Assembly: GCA_963815095.1 (NCBI GenBank)
Contig: CAWFFH010000003.1
Coordinates: 1,024,001 to 1,088,000, forward strand
DNA from: Candidatus Bathyarchaeota archaeon
GTDB lineage: Archaea > Thermoproteota > Bathyarchaeia > Bathyarchaeales > Bathycorpusculaceae
DNA length: 64,000 bases
Direction of reading: 5' to 3'
In this document: positions 50,725-59,765 of the stretch, in pieces
Layout: every line of letters begins with the position of its first letter
Numbering within the stretch: position 1 is the stretch's first letter
Notes under the pieces: generated by a model
The model's database searches: none
The model's input: only the letters and a program-made list of their open reading frames with translations
Told to the model about the DNA's origin: nothing
Made by a program: the position numbers and the translations under genes

Positions 50725-51014
50725 ACTGGAACTATCTATTTGCAACCGCCAAGATTGTTTTTGTGAATCCCACTTATGCCTACTTAGCCCTAGTACTGAT
50801 TGGGGCAGCAGTACTTGTCATTTACTTGATTGTTAGAAGCTCGGATGAGTTTTCGGTGGAAGACACTGAAGCTAACTCTGAAGATTTTGCTGGCGTAATA
50901 CGTGACTCAAAGGGTCCAGTAACCAAGTGGCTTTGGGCGGTTTACATCGCTTTAGCAGTATGGGCAATAGCTTATCTAATTCAGCATTGGGGAGAATTCG
51001 CCAGTTTTCCATAA
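50721..51014 (+). CDS. Two-TM protein resembling the CcoP N-terminal domain
   Basis: DFAGVIRDSKGPVTKWLWAVY..WAIAYL resembles the FixP_N motif; coupled to ccoS by an ATGA overlap. Confidence 0.55.
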   Translation: MNWNYLFATAKIVFVNPTYAYLALVLIGAAVLVIYLIVRSSDEFSVEDTEANSEDFAGVIRDSKGPVTKWLWAVYIALAVWAIAYLIQHWGEFASFP

Positions 51015-51407
51015 AAAATATTCATTCTATTACCAAAGCTTGAACCATTGTTCTTCGACAAACTTCCATTCTTAATAAAATAGCGCGAAGTCCAAACGAT
51101 TCCAATTTACTCATAGAATTCTGGGTTAACCAAAAGGTTAGGGAAAAAAGTTGACGAACGTATCCTGAAGAGATTGGCAGCGGTTTTGACAAATTTTTGT
51201 ATTTGAAGTGTGGGCAAAACATGCTTCGTTAATAATTGTTCTGTTGATGCCCTTTGCGTCTATCGAGGTATTTATCTCGATTTATGCAAAAGAAACATTA
51301 AGTGATCAGGAAAAAATGAAATAGAAACTGTTTTATTAGTTTTTCAGATTATTCAGTCAATTGGAGAGCATTGCAAGACGGTCACTTATACTGAAGTTCA
51401 TGAATGG

Positions 51408-51821
51408 ATGTCGCAGGCAAATCTAATCATTTTAGTTGTTGTTCTAAGTTTGCTAATAATTTTAAGTATTGTTCTTCAAAGGAGAAAGAAGTTTGTTTGG
51501 CATGGAAACTCTATGATGGTTGTCGTGATGATTGCAACCTTACTAACTATTGCTCATATGGGGCCTTCTTTTGTTCGGGTTGTGACAGAAACGGTTCAAG
51601 ACTTCAATGTTGTTGCACTTTTAGGAGTCGTTCACGGTGTTATAGGTTTGGTAACAATTTCTCTTGGTATTTGGCTAGTTGGTAAGTGGGCGTTGGGCGA
51701 ATCTAGCGAAACGCGTTTCTGCGCGCCACGGAAAAAGTTGATGTGGGAAATCCTGGCAGTATGGATAATAACCCTTGGACTTGGCCTTGCTTATTATCCA
51801 CTACATCTTATCTTTAGCTAA
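51408..51821 (+). CDS. DUF420-like four-TM membrane protein
   Basis: Four TM with His residues (WHG, AHM, VHG). Confidence 0.6.
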   Translation: MSQANLIILVVVLSLLIILSIVLQRRKKFVWHGNSMMVVVMIATLLTIAHMGPSFVRVVTETVQDFNVVALLGVVHGVIGLVTISLGIWLVGKWALGESSETRFCAPRKKLMWEILAVWIITLGLGLAYYPLHLIFS

Positions 51822-51997
51822 AGTTAAGCACACGCTGCAGATAAGAAGCGATGCCTGTTTGAGGTAAGTCCATTCACGTTCAATTGTTGCCAAGAAGGTT
51901 TGCCCCAAATTTATTTGGGTTTCGCATAATTGTTTAAACGAATCCAATGGACCCGCCACTCCCGAGGGACTATGTACTTTTTTTAAGTGAGTTAGAC

Positions 51998-52020
51998 TTA
52001 GTCAAGAAACCTTACTCAAG
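51998..52020 (+). repeat. TAGTCAAGAAA element, copy 4
   Basis: TTAGTCAAGAAACCTTACTCAAG. Confidence 0.8.
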
Positions 52021-52211
52021 TAAAACCCAAATTCATATTGACACCAAACTGCTTTCTTCTTATCCAAAAATTAGTGCATCCAACTCATAAGGCTGTTGAA
52101 TGCGATTTAAAATTAGGTTTTGTGACTGATATTTAGCTACCACAAACCAGTATAAAGTCAGCCAGTGTTGACTTTGTAGTTGATAATTCAACCTGCCCGA
52201 GGCTACCTTAA

Positions 52212-52910
52212 ATGGACGATAAGAAAGAGCTCCAAACAAAGAACAACTCTGAGAAGCCCAAGCAAAAAAACGACTATAGCAAATCAAGTGTAATTTCACC
52301 TCTTCAACGTTTCGAGAAGAGCATGCACATTACTTATGAAATGTGGCATGATGGTGCAGGGTATGATATGGATGCGTTAAAGTCAACTTCTACGACTGAA
52401 CGTAAAATAATTGAGCAAATGTTAATACATCGTAGCCCTCGGGACTGGCGAGATATCGAAGCGCTTGCAGAAATCGACACAAAAAGCGCCCGAGAAGCCA
52501 TTAAAAACGCGATGAAAGACCCCAACCCAGATGTCCGAGTTGCAGTTACAAGATTCGCAACTACTTTGATAACGAACAGTGAACGAAGCAAGTCCAACAT
52601 AAACGCGCTACAGCATGCAGAAGTATTCAGTGGCCTCTCACAGGTGCTTGACGATATAGAGGATTACCATCCAACTGAAGTCAAGGAAGCACTTATACAG
52701 GGACTGCTAAGTCGAAAAGGCGATGTCGCAGTTCTATTCGCTGCAATGCTATTCTATCTCTATAGAAAGGCAGACGAACCCTTCGATATGATGCAGCGCC
52801 CTTTCTTTCTGCGTTTTAACACAGAAAACAAGTAGGAACGAGTAAAAGTATTTCGAGAATTATGCATTCAACTGAATATCAACCCTGAAAAATTTTTGTC
52901 ATCAAAATAA
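52212..52910 (+). pseudogene. HEAT-repeat protein with an in-frame TAG at 52833
   Basis: IEALAEI..AREAIKNAMKDPNPDVRVAV; the frame continues ERVKVFRELCIQLNINPEKFLSSK to TAA 52908-52910. Confidence 0.6.
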
Positions 52911-53000
52911 ACTTGGACTTTTAATAGTTAAGTCTAGAACTAAGTTCTCCACAAATCTTTTCGACTCATTACGGATTTGAAGTTTGGTTATGAGACAGGT

Positions 53001-53687
53001 TTAATTTAGAGTTACTTTCCAAGTCTTTTTTAATCTAACTAAGAGTGCAACTGATAGTGTGAAGATGAATAGGGGTAAAATCATTAACCAAGAAAACTCG
53101 GGAACTGTAGGTGTTGGGTTTGGTGTGGGTGAGGTTGAAGTGGAAGTTTCTGGTATGGTTATTGTATGGGTGTTGCTCCAATCACTTGTATTCACTGCAA
53201 TTACAGGATAGTCATTTGGGTCTATAATGTATGGTATTGGTGCAACAAAAGGAGCGGTGAAATTTGAATATCCATTGATTGCACGAATTTGCATATCGAG
53301 TAGATGACTATTTGAGCTGCCTAATATTTCGTAATAACTGTTGAGTGGGACAATTGTTCTTGTGACGCCAGTAGTGCCTGTTTCAATGATGTATTGACCA
53401 TTCTTTGTTGGGTCAGGTTCGGGATGAATCCAGTTTGTTGATTCATGCCATTTATACCTAAAATCAAAAAAAATCAAAGGGTAATCATGACCATTATCGA
53501 TAACATATTGATTTGAAATTACAATTTCCAGACCACCACCTACTACATAATCTACGATTCTAAGAGTGAATCCGGGAGTAGATAGTTTAGGTATTGTCTG
53601 AGCACTTGCAGATTCAACGATTATTAGGTTTGAACCTGCTAAGATAACTACAAGAAGTAACGAGAACCCCTTGCTAATGCCACCCAT
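53001..53687 (-). CDS. Secreted protein with PEF-CTERM sorting signal
   Basis: Signal peptide; Thr/Pro linker, VPEF, TM, basic tail. Confidence 0.8.
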   Translation of the reverse strand: MGGISKGFSLLLVVILAGSNLIIVESASAQTIPKLSTPGFTLRIVDYVVGGGLEIVISNQYVIDNGHDYPLIFFDFRYKWHESTNWIHPEPDPTKNGQYIIETGTTGVTRTIVPLNSYYEILGSSNSHLLDMQIRAINGYSNFTAPFVAPIPYIIDPNDYPVIAVNTSDWSNTHTITIPETSTSTSPTPNPTPTVPEFSWLMILPLFIFTLSVALLVRLKKTWKVTLN

Positions 53688-53706
53688 ATTTTACTCTTAG
53701 GATTAC

Positions 53707-53770
53707 TTTGCAATAAAAGACTTCTCGTAAAGCTCTCTTGAATAAGCCCAGTCAAAGTTTCTTGACTAAG
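53707..53770 (-). repeat. TAGTCAAGAAA element, copy 5 (inverted, bipartite)
   Basis: Minus strand CTTAGTCAAGAAACTTTGAC (20/20 identical to copy 1) then TTATTCAAGAGAGCTTTACGAGAAGTCTTTTATTGCAAA. Confidence 0.85.
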
Positions 53771-54084
53771 CTATCCAGTGGCTTTTCAGGTAAATCTGCA
53801 GAAGCAGCCTCATCCAAGCCATAATCTATAGCATAGCGGGATCGATGACAGAACTATAGAAGTTGTTGTTGTTGCTGCTGCAACTGAATTCTGCACACCA
53901 GTTGCAACAACAATCAAACACAAACCCAAATTACCAAGTTTACTCTTAACTGAAACACAAATCAGACCCATAGAAGATAATGATGATGATAATGCAACCC
54001 AATTTGCAAACAACAGTATCATCAATCAAAGAATAAAAATTACAAAATTTTTTTGCAGATGCCTAAGTTTTGGTTAGCCCTATT

Positions 54085-54100
54085 CCGAAACGCTTATATT
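54085..54100 (+). promoter_or_regulatory. BRE/TATA-like promoter of the aromatic operon leader
   Basis: CCGAAACGCTTATATT about 35 nt upstream of the leader ATG. Confidence 0.55.
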
Positions 54101-54135
54101 TTTTGGCATATGACTGTTTGAACAGGTTCGAAGCA

Positions 54136-54222
54136 ATGTCTATTGCTGAAAGCAAAAATGGTCTCGCAGGTTCACAGTTTCCTAGCTTCGACTACTACTT
54201 TTATTATTACCATTTTCCTTAG
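54136..54222 (+). CDS. Putative Tyr/Phe leader peptide MSIAESKNGLAGSQFPSFDYYFYYYHFP
   Basis: 9 of the last 14 residues are Tyr or Phe; lies directly upstream of the aromatic amino acid operon. Confidence 0.8.
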   Translation: MSIAESKNGLAGSQFPSFDYYFYYYHFP

Positions 54223-54260
54223 GCCCAGAACTGAAAAATTTTTTGGGAGCGGTTCTGGGC
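54223..54260 (+). promoter_or_regulatory. Attenuator-like hairpin enclosing a T6 tract
   Basis: GCCCAGAACTG pairs with CGGTTCTGGGC (11 bp, one G-U); loop AAAAATTTTTTGGGAG. Confidence 0.7.
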
Positions 54261-54279
54261 GAAACAAGGGTGTACCAAC

Positions 54280-55515
54280 ATGCAAAGTAACAAAAAAATA
54301 GTTGTAAAATTCGGTGGCTCTAGCCTCGCTGACCATGAAAGACTCCTTAAAGCGGTTGTTGCCGTAGTTAATGAAGCTAAAAAAGGCACCAAAATCGCCG
54401 TTGTAGTTTCCGCCATGGGCAAAACCACCGATGTTCTCATGTCCACAGCCAAAAACACATCCAACGGCAAACTTGAAAAACACGAATTAGACGACATCCT
54501 CTCGATGGGTGAACGCACAAGCGTCCGCATATTCTCCGCTGCCTTGAGAAGCAACGGGGCAAACTCCTGTTACTTTGACCCCATCGACAACAACTGGCCC
54601 ATAATTACCGACGCCTTATTCCAAAACGCTAACCCACTTCTAAAAGAATGCGAAAAAAGCATCAGAGAATGTATCTTGCCAATCGTAGAAAAAGGCACCA
54701 TACCCGTCATAGCAGGGTTCGTGGGCAAAACCAAAGACGGCAAAATCACCACGCTTGGCAGAGGAGGAAGCGACACCACAGCATTCATATTAGCAGAATC
54801 CTTAGGCGCCGACCAAGTTGTACTAGTAACCGACGCAGATGGAATTATGTCCGGTGACCCAAAAATCATTGTAAACCCCCAAAGACTCAAAGAAATCGAT
54901 GTTAACACACTCGTGGGTTTAGCAGATTCAGGCGCCAAATTCATCCACAGCAAAGCCTTAAAATACAAGCCAAAAAACATCGATGTCAAAGTCATCAGCA
55001 ACACCCAGAGCGATTTGAGCAGAGAAGGAACCTTAATCACAGGAGCATTAGCTTCGGAACTGGACGCAGAAATAGCGCATCCAACCCCAGTCGCGGAAAT
55101 AACTGTGATTGGAAACGGCATATCAGCAAACCCACAAGTTCTCACGGAAATGGTGGAAAAAGTAAAAGAAAACTCCACCTTACTGGGTATGTCAATGAAC
55201 ACTAACTCGGTAATCCTCTATGTTCCTCAAGAAAAAAACATCGAAACTCTCCTAAATCAAATCCACACGTTAACAATCAGTAACAAAGAAACCATAGCGA
55301 TGGCCGTCAAAAAAGACCTTGTTTTCCTCAAAACCAGCGGAGTGGGACTCGAAGAAACACACGGCATAATCGGCAAAATCAGCGAAGACCTACGAGTCAA
55401 CGGCATAAACATATCAGGCATATTAACTATAACGTCAAGTATCCTGTTGTTTGTAGATTGGAATGAGAAAGAAAAAGCATTAAAGTTAATTAAAAACTCA
55501 CTAAAAACACGTTAA
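54280..55515 (+). CDS. lysC: Second aspartate kinase, heading the aromatic operon
   Basis: VKFGGSS, SAMGKTTD, GRGGSDTTA, ACT-like C-terminus. Confidence 0.9.
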   Translation: MQSNKKIVVKFGGSSLADHERLLKAVVAVVNEAKKGTKIAVVVSAMGKTTDVLMSTAKNTSNGKLEKHELDDILSMGERTSVRIFSAALRSNGANSCYFDPIDNNWPIITDALFQNANPLLKECEKSIRECILPIVEKGTIPVIAGFVGKTKDGKITTLGRGGSDTTAFILAESLGADQVVLVTDADGIMSGDPKIIVNPQRLKEIDVNTLVGLADSGAKFIHSKALKYKPKNIDVKVISNTQSDLSREGTLITGALASELDAEIAHPTPVAEITVIGNGISANPQVLTEMVEKVKENSTLLGMSMNTNSVILYVPQEKNIETLLNQIHTLTISNKETIAMAVKKDLVFLKTSGVGLEETHGIIGKISEDLRVNGINISGILTITSSILLFVDWNEKEKALKLIKNSLKTR

Positions 55516-55524
55516 GGTGAAAAA

Positions 55525-56316
55525 ATGAATTCAGGAAAAACCCGCAGACTAAGAAGAATCATGCAGCAAGATAACCGTACAGTAATTGTGCCTATGGACC
55601 ATGGCGTAACCGTGGGACCCATCCAAGGCATAACCAACATGCAAACCATAACTGACCAGCTGGTCATAGGCGGAGTTGACGCAATCCTAGTCCACAAAGG
55701 CATCGCACAACGTGTCAATACTAACGGAGTAGGATTAATTGTTATGTTATCAGGCATGTCCAACCTCAGCCCCAACATAAACGGCAAAGTCCAAGTATGC
55801 AGCGTGCAGGAAGCCGTACACATCGGCGCAGACGCAGTTGCCGTGCATGTGAACGTTGGTGCGCAAGACGAAGACAAAATGCTTCAGAACCTGGGTAAAG
55901 TCGCCGAAGAATGTGAAGCATTCGGTTTACCACTTTTAGCGATGATGTACCCGCGGGGTCCAAAAATTCCAAGCGAACACGCACCCGAAGTGGTGGCTCA
56001 CGCAGCTAGAATCGGAGCGGAACTTGGCGCAGACATCATCAAAACAAACTACACAGGCAACATTGACACCTTCAAAACGGTAATCGAAAGCTGCCCAGTC
56101 CCAGTGGTCATTGCGGGCGGACCAAAATGCAAATCCCTACAGGAAGTGCTTCAAACCACGAGCGACGCATTGAAAGCAGGCGCCGCAGGGTTATCCATCG
56201 GGCGCAATGTGTTTCAATGTGATAGTCCAATGCAACTTTCAAAAGCGCTCTCTGTCATCGTTCACAAAGGCGCATCTGTTGAGCAAGCTCTAAAAATTCT
56301 CGGTGAAAAACGTTGA
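55525..56316 (+). CDS. aroA': 2-amino-3,7-dideoxy-D-threo-hept-6-ulosonate synthase (MJ0400-like)
   Basis: PMDHG, MMYPRG, GADIIKTNY, GRNVFQ; adjacent to DHQ synthase II. Confidence 0.9.
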   Translation: MNSGKTRRLRRIMQQDNRTVIVPMDHGVTVGPIQGITNMQTITDQLVIGGVDAILVHKGIAQRVNTNGVGLIVMLSGMSNLSPNINGKVQVCSVQEAVHIGADAVAVHVNVGAQDEDKMLQNLGKVAEECEAFGLPLLAMMYPRGPKIPSEHAPEVVAHAARIGAELGADIIKTNYTGNIDTFKTVIESCPVPVVIAGGPKCKSLQEVLQTTSDALKAGAAGLSIGRNVFQCDSPMQLSKALSVIVHKGASVEQALKILGEKR

Positions 56317-57353
56317 AGGAACTCTGGCTAGAAATAGATCCAAATGCATCGCCTCAAGAAAAGGAGGGTTTACTTAGCCTTGCTCTCGAAAATGCTGACG
56401 TAGTTTTAGAAAATAACCAAGCTACCAATCGTAATGGCAAATTAGACATAACTTTTCTTTCGGATTTAAATGAGAAAAAAATCACTCAACTAAAAAAAGA
56501 AGGCAAGAAAACCGCCCTTCATGTAGTTATCCAAGGCAAAGAGGATGAGAACAGAGCAGCCAAAGCTGCAGAACTTAGTGTTAACTATGTAATAATAAAC
56601 TGCCTTGATTGGCGAGTGATTCCTCTTGAAAACTTAATTGCGAAAGGCAGAGGAAAAAGCGTCCTAATTGCTGAGGTAAATACAGCAGAGGATGCCAAGG
56701 TGGTTTTGGAGGCACTTGAACTGGGAACTGACGGAGTGCTCCTTAAGACTGGGAAACTAAATGAATTGGAAAAAACCATAAAAATCATCAAAGCACAAGC
56801 GCAAAAGATGGCGTTAACGCCAGCGAAGATTTTGTCCATAAAGCCAATTGGTTCAGGAGCAAGAGTTTGTGTTGATACTGTTGATTTGATGTGTCCCGGC
56901 GAAGGAATGCTTGTGGGTTGCCAGTCTGCTGGCTTCTTTTTAGTTGAAGCTGAAGTAAACGAGAACCCCTACGTACAGTCTCGACCTTTCCGCGTGAACG
57001 CTGGACCAGCATCACACTACACTTTAACTTCAACGCAGAGCACACGTTACCTCTCCGAACTCAAGGCAGGAGACGAAGTTTTAATTGTCAACCGAGAAGG
57101 CAAAGTCAGATTAACAAACGTTGGCAGATCCAAAATAGAGTTCCGTCCCCTAATCCTAATCGAAGCCCAAGCCGACGACACAAAAATCAAAACCATCCTT
57201 CAAAACGCCGAAACCATTCGCCTAGTCACACCAAAAGCATCTAAACCCGTCACAGAACTAAAACCCAATGATGAAGTCCTTGTGCATTTATCGGCGAAGG
57301 GAGGAAGACACTTCGGCATATCTGTGCCTGAAGAAACGGTGATAGAAAAGTGA
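56313..57353 (+). CDS. aroB': 3-dehydroquinate synthase II (MJ1249-like)
   Basis: WRVIPLENLIA, RVCVDT, RPFRVNAG, LQNAETIRL. Confidence 0.95.
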   Translation: MKELWLEIDPNASPQEKEGLLSLALENADVVLENNQATNRNGKLDITFLSDLNEKKITQLKKEGKKTALHVVIQGKEDENRAAKAAELSVNYVIINCLDWRVIPLENLIAKGRGKSVLIAEVNTAEDAKVVLEALELGTDGVLLKTGKLNELEKTIKIIKAQAQKMALTPAKILSIKPIGSGARVCVDTVDLMCPGEGMLVGCQSAGFFLVEAEVNENPYVQSRPFRVNAGPASHYTLTSTQSTRYLSELKAGDEVLIVNREGKVRLTNVGRSKIEFRPLILIEAQADDTKIKTILQNAETIRLVTPKASKPVTELKPNDEVLVHLSAKGGRHFGISVPEETVIEK

Positions 57354-58033
57354 CCCCGAGAATCTGCGTTTCGATTCTCACAAAAAACAACATAGACGCA
57401 TTAAAACTAATTGAGCAAGCAGAACAAGCCAAAGCCGACCTAATCGAAATAAGGCTTGACCGTTTCGAAATTTCCCGCAGACTATCTGATCTTTCTGCAA
57501 GCACAAAAATTCCCCTAATCGCCACCAATAAACTTCAAAGCGAAAAAGGCTTCTTCACTGGAACTGAGTCTGAACGGCAACAAACCCTTCTTAACGCCGC
57601 CAAGAACGAATTTGAATACGTTGACATTGACCTGTCAAGCCCAAAATACAAAGAAACCATTGAGAAACTAAAGCAGTCTGGCACCAAAACAATCGCTTCC
57701 TACCACAAATTCAACGGCACACTCAACGTATCTGCAATGGAGGCAGTTCTTGACGAGGAGATTGCAAGCGGCGCCAGCATATGCAAAATTGTAACAACCG
57801 CCAAACAAATCGAAGACAACCTTCCTGCTTTGAGCTTTGTCTCATTTGCCTCAAGCAAAGCTAAACTGGTGTGTTTCTGCATGGGCGAACACGGCAAAAC
57901 CTCAAGGCTCCTATCGCCGCTTTTCGGTGCATTTTTTACTTTCGCTTCACTTGAACAAGGTAATGAAACAGCGGCTGGGCAGATGAGCATCAGCGAAATG
58001 AGGGCTGCATACAGTCTCTTGGGGATAAAATAA
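57350..58033 (+). CDS. aroD: Type I 3-dehydroquinate dehydratase
   Basis: IEIRLD, SYH, CKIV, MGEHGKTSR, AAGQ. Confidence 0.92.
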   Translation: MTPRICVSILTKNNIDALKLIEQAEQAKADLIEIRLDRFEISRRLSDLSASTKIPLIATNKLQSEKGFFTGTESERQQTLLNAAKNEFEYVDIDLSSPKYKETIEKLKQSGTKTIASYHKFNGTLNVSAMEAVLDEEIASGASICKIVTTAKQIEDNLPALSFVSFASSKAKLVCFCMGEHGKTSRLLSPLFGAFFTFASLEQGNETAAGQMSISEMRAAYSLLGIK

Positions 58034-58896
58034 TGGATATCTCGGGAAAAACACGTGTTTGTGGAGTTATTGGCGACCCAATAGAACACACTCTCAGCCC
58101 AATAATGCAAAATGCCGCATTCAACTCCCTTAAACTGGACAGCACATTCTTAGCCTTCAAGGTTAAGCCTGCTGAGCTCGAAAACGCAGTAAACGGTATG
58201 CGCGCCCTAAACATCCGGGGATTAAACGTAACCATGCCGCATAAAAGCGCAATTCTAAAATTTTTAGACAGAGTCGACTTATCAGCCCAAATCATAAACT
58301 CCGTCAATACCGTCTTGAACAAGGAAAGCAAACTTTTCGGCTTCAACACAGACGGCGTAGGCGCATTAAAGGCACTAAGAGAAAATGGTGTGGAACTGAA
58401 AGGCAGAAAAGTTTTGTTGCTCGGTGCAGGAGGATCTGCAAGAGCCATAGCATACGCAATGGCTAAAGAATCCGATGAACTCGCAGTTTTGAACCGAACT
58501 CTAAAACCAGCCCAAGAATTAGCAAAACTACTTGAAAAAACGGCTAACAAAAAAATAGTTGCAGGCTCACTCTCGCCAAAGGAAATCCAGCACAACCTCC
58601 AAGACTCAGACATTCTAATCAATGCTACATCTGTTGGAATGAAACCGAAAGCCGACGAAAGCCTTGTTGCTCCGAAACTTTTGAGATCTAATTTAGCAGT
58701 ATTGGACATTGTTTATAATCCGATTGAGACAAAACTGGCGAAAGAAGCTAAAGTAGCAGGAGCTAAAGTGGTCAGCGGAGTTGAGATGCTGATTTATCAG
58801 GGCGCTGCGTCCTTTGAAATCTGGACAGGAAAATCTGCTCCAGTTGAAGTTATGAGGCAGGCAGCACTTAATCATTTGCAGAAGGTGCAACTTTGA
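58033..58896 (+). CDS. aroE: Shikimate dehydrogenase
   Basis: HTLSP, NVTMPHK, NTDG, GAGGSA. Confidence 0.95.
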   Translation: MDISGKTRVCGVIGDPIEHTLSPIMQNAAFNSLKLDSTFLAFKVKPAELENAVNGMRALNIRGLNVTMPHKSAILKFLDRVDLSAQIINSVNTVLNKESKLFGFNTDGVGALKALRENGVELKGRKVLLLGAGGSARAIAYAMAKESDELAVLNRTLKPAQELAKLLEKTANKKIVAGSLSPKEIQHNLQDSDILINATSVGMKPKADESLVAPKLLRSNLAVLDIVYNPIETKLAKEAKVAGAKVVSGVEMLIYQGAASFEIWTGKSAPVEVMRQAALNHLQKVQL

Positions 58897-59762
58897 ATGG
58901 GAAAGCAATAGCTATTGCTCATGGGGCTGCAACAATCGTAAACGCGATTGCACTGGGGAAAGGTGCAGCGTTTGGAGTTGATTTATGGACTCGAGCAGAA
59001 GTTCAATTAACCAATGAACCAGGTCTTTTCCGAGCTGAAATTGTATCTGACCCAAAAGAAAGCACGCTTCTAATAGAAAAAACCGCGGCAAGAATTCTTC
59101 AAAGGTTTAATTTAGAGAAGAATTTTGGCGCAAAAATAAAAACACTATCAAACATCCCAATCGCAAGGGGACTCAAAAGCAGCAGCGTAGCAGCAAACGC
59201 CACAGCACTCGCAACTACGGCAGCTCTTGACAAAACCCTTGACGACCTCGAGATTGTAAAGTTGGGTGTCGAGGCGGCTTTTGATGCTAAAGTTACCATT
59301 ACCGGCGCATTTGACGATGCATGTGCCTCATACTTCGGCGGGATAGTAATTACCGATAACTTCAAACGGGAAATAATCAAACAGTTGCCGTTCCCCAAAA
59401 ACTTAGTGGTGCTATTCCATGTTCCGACCCAAAAGGCCTACACTGCTGACTCTAATGTAAATAGACTAAAAACCCTCAAACCGTTGGTTGAAGTCGCCTA
59501 CGAGAAAGCTTTGGAGGGAAAAGTTTGGGAAGCCCTAACTCTTAACGGGTTAATTTATTCTTCAGCTTCCAGTTTTAACACAAAAATTGCCATTGATGCG
59601 TTAGCTGCTGGAGCAGTTGCGGCTGGACTTTGCGGCAAAGGACCCGCTATCTCTGCAGTGGTCCCAAACGACAAAGTCGATGAGGTAAAAGTTGCCTTGC
59701 AAAAATATGAAGGCGAAATATTGCAGTCGCAATTAAATTGTGAGAAAGCCAAGGTGCTATAG
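58893..59762 (+). CDS. aroK: Archaeal (GHMP) shikimate kinase
   Basis: TIVNAIA, IPIARGLKSSS, GAFDDA. Confidence 0.93.
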   Translation: MNGKAIAIAHGAATIVNAIALGKGAAFGVDLWTRAEVQLTNEPGLFRAEIVSDPKESTLLIEKTAARILQRFNLEKNFGAKIKTLSNIPIARGLKSSSVAANATALATTAALDKTLDDLEIVKLGVEAAFDAKVTITGAFDDACASYFGGIVITDNFKREIIKQLPFPKNLVVLFHVPTQKAYTADSNVNRLKTLKPLVEVAYEKALEGKVWEALTLNGLIYSSASSFNTKIAIDALAAGAVAAGLCGKGPAISAVVPNDKVDEVKVALQKYEGEILQSQLNCEKAKVL

Positions 59763-59765
59763 AAA

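Noticed and set aside
52921-52975. Possible degenerate sixth repeat copy (minus strand ACTTAGTTCTAGA)
   Set aside because: Too divergent to distinguish from AT-rich background
34139-53770. TAGTCAAGAAA repeats as a CRISPR array or integron attC sites
   Set aside because: Copies are kilobases apart with no regular spacers, and they lack attC RYYYAAC/GTTRRRY ends and long hairpins
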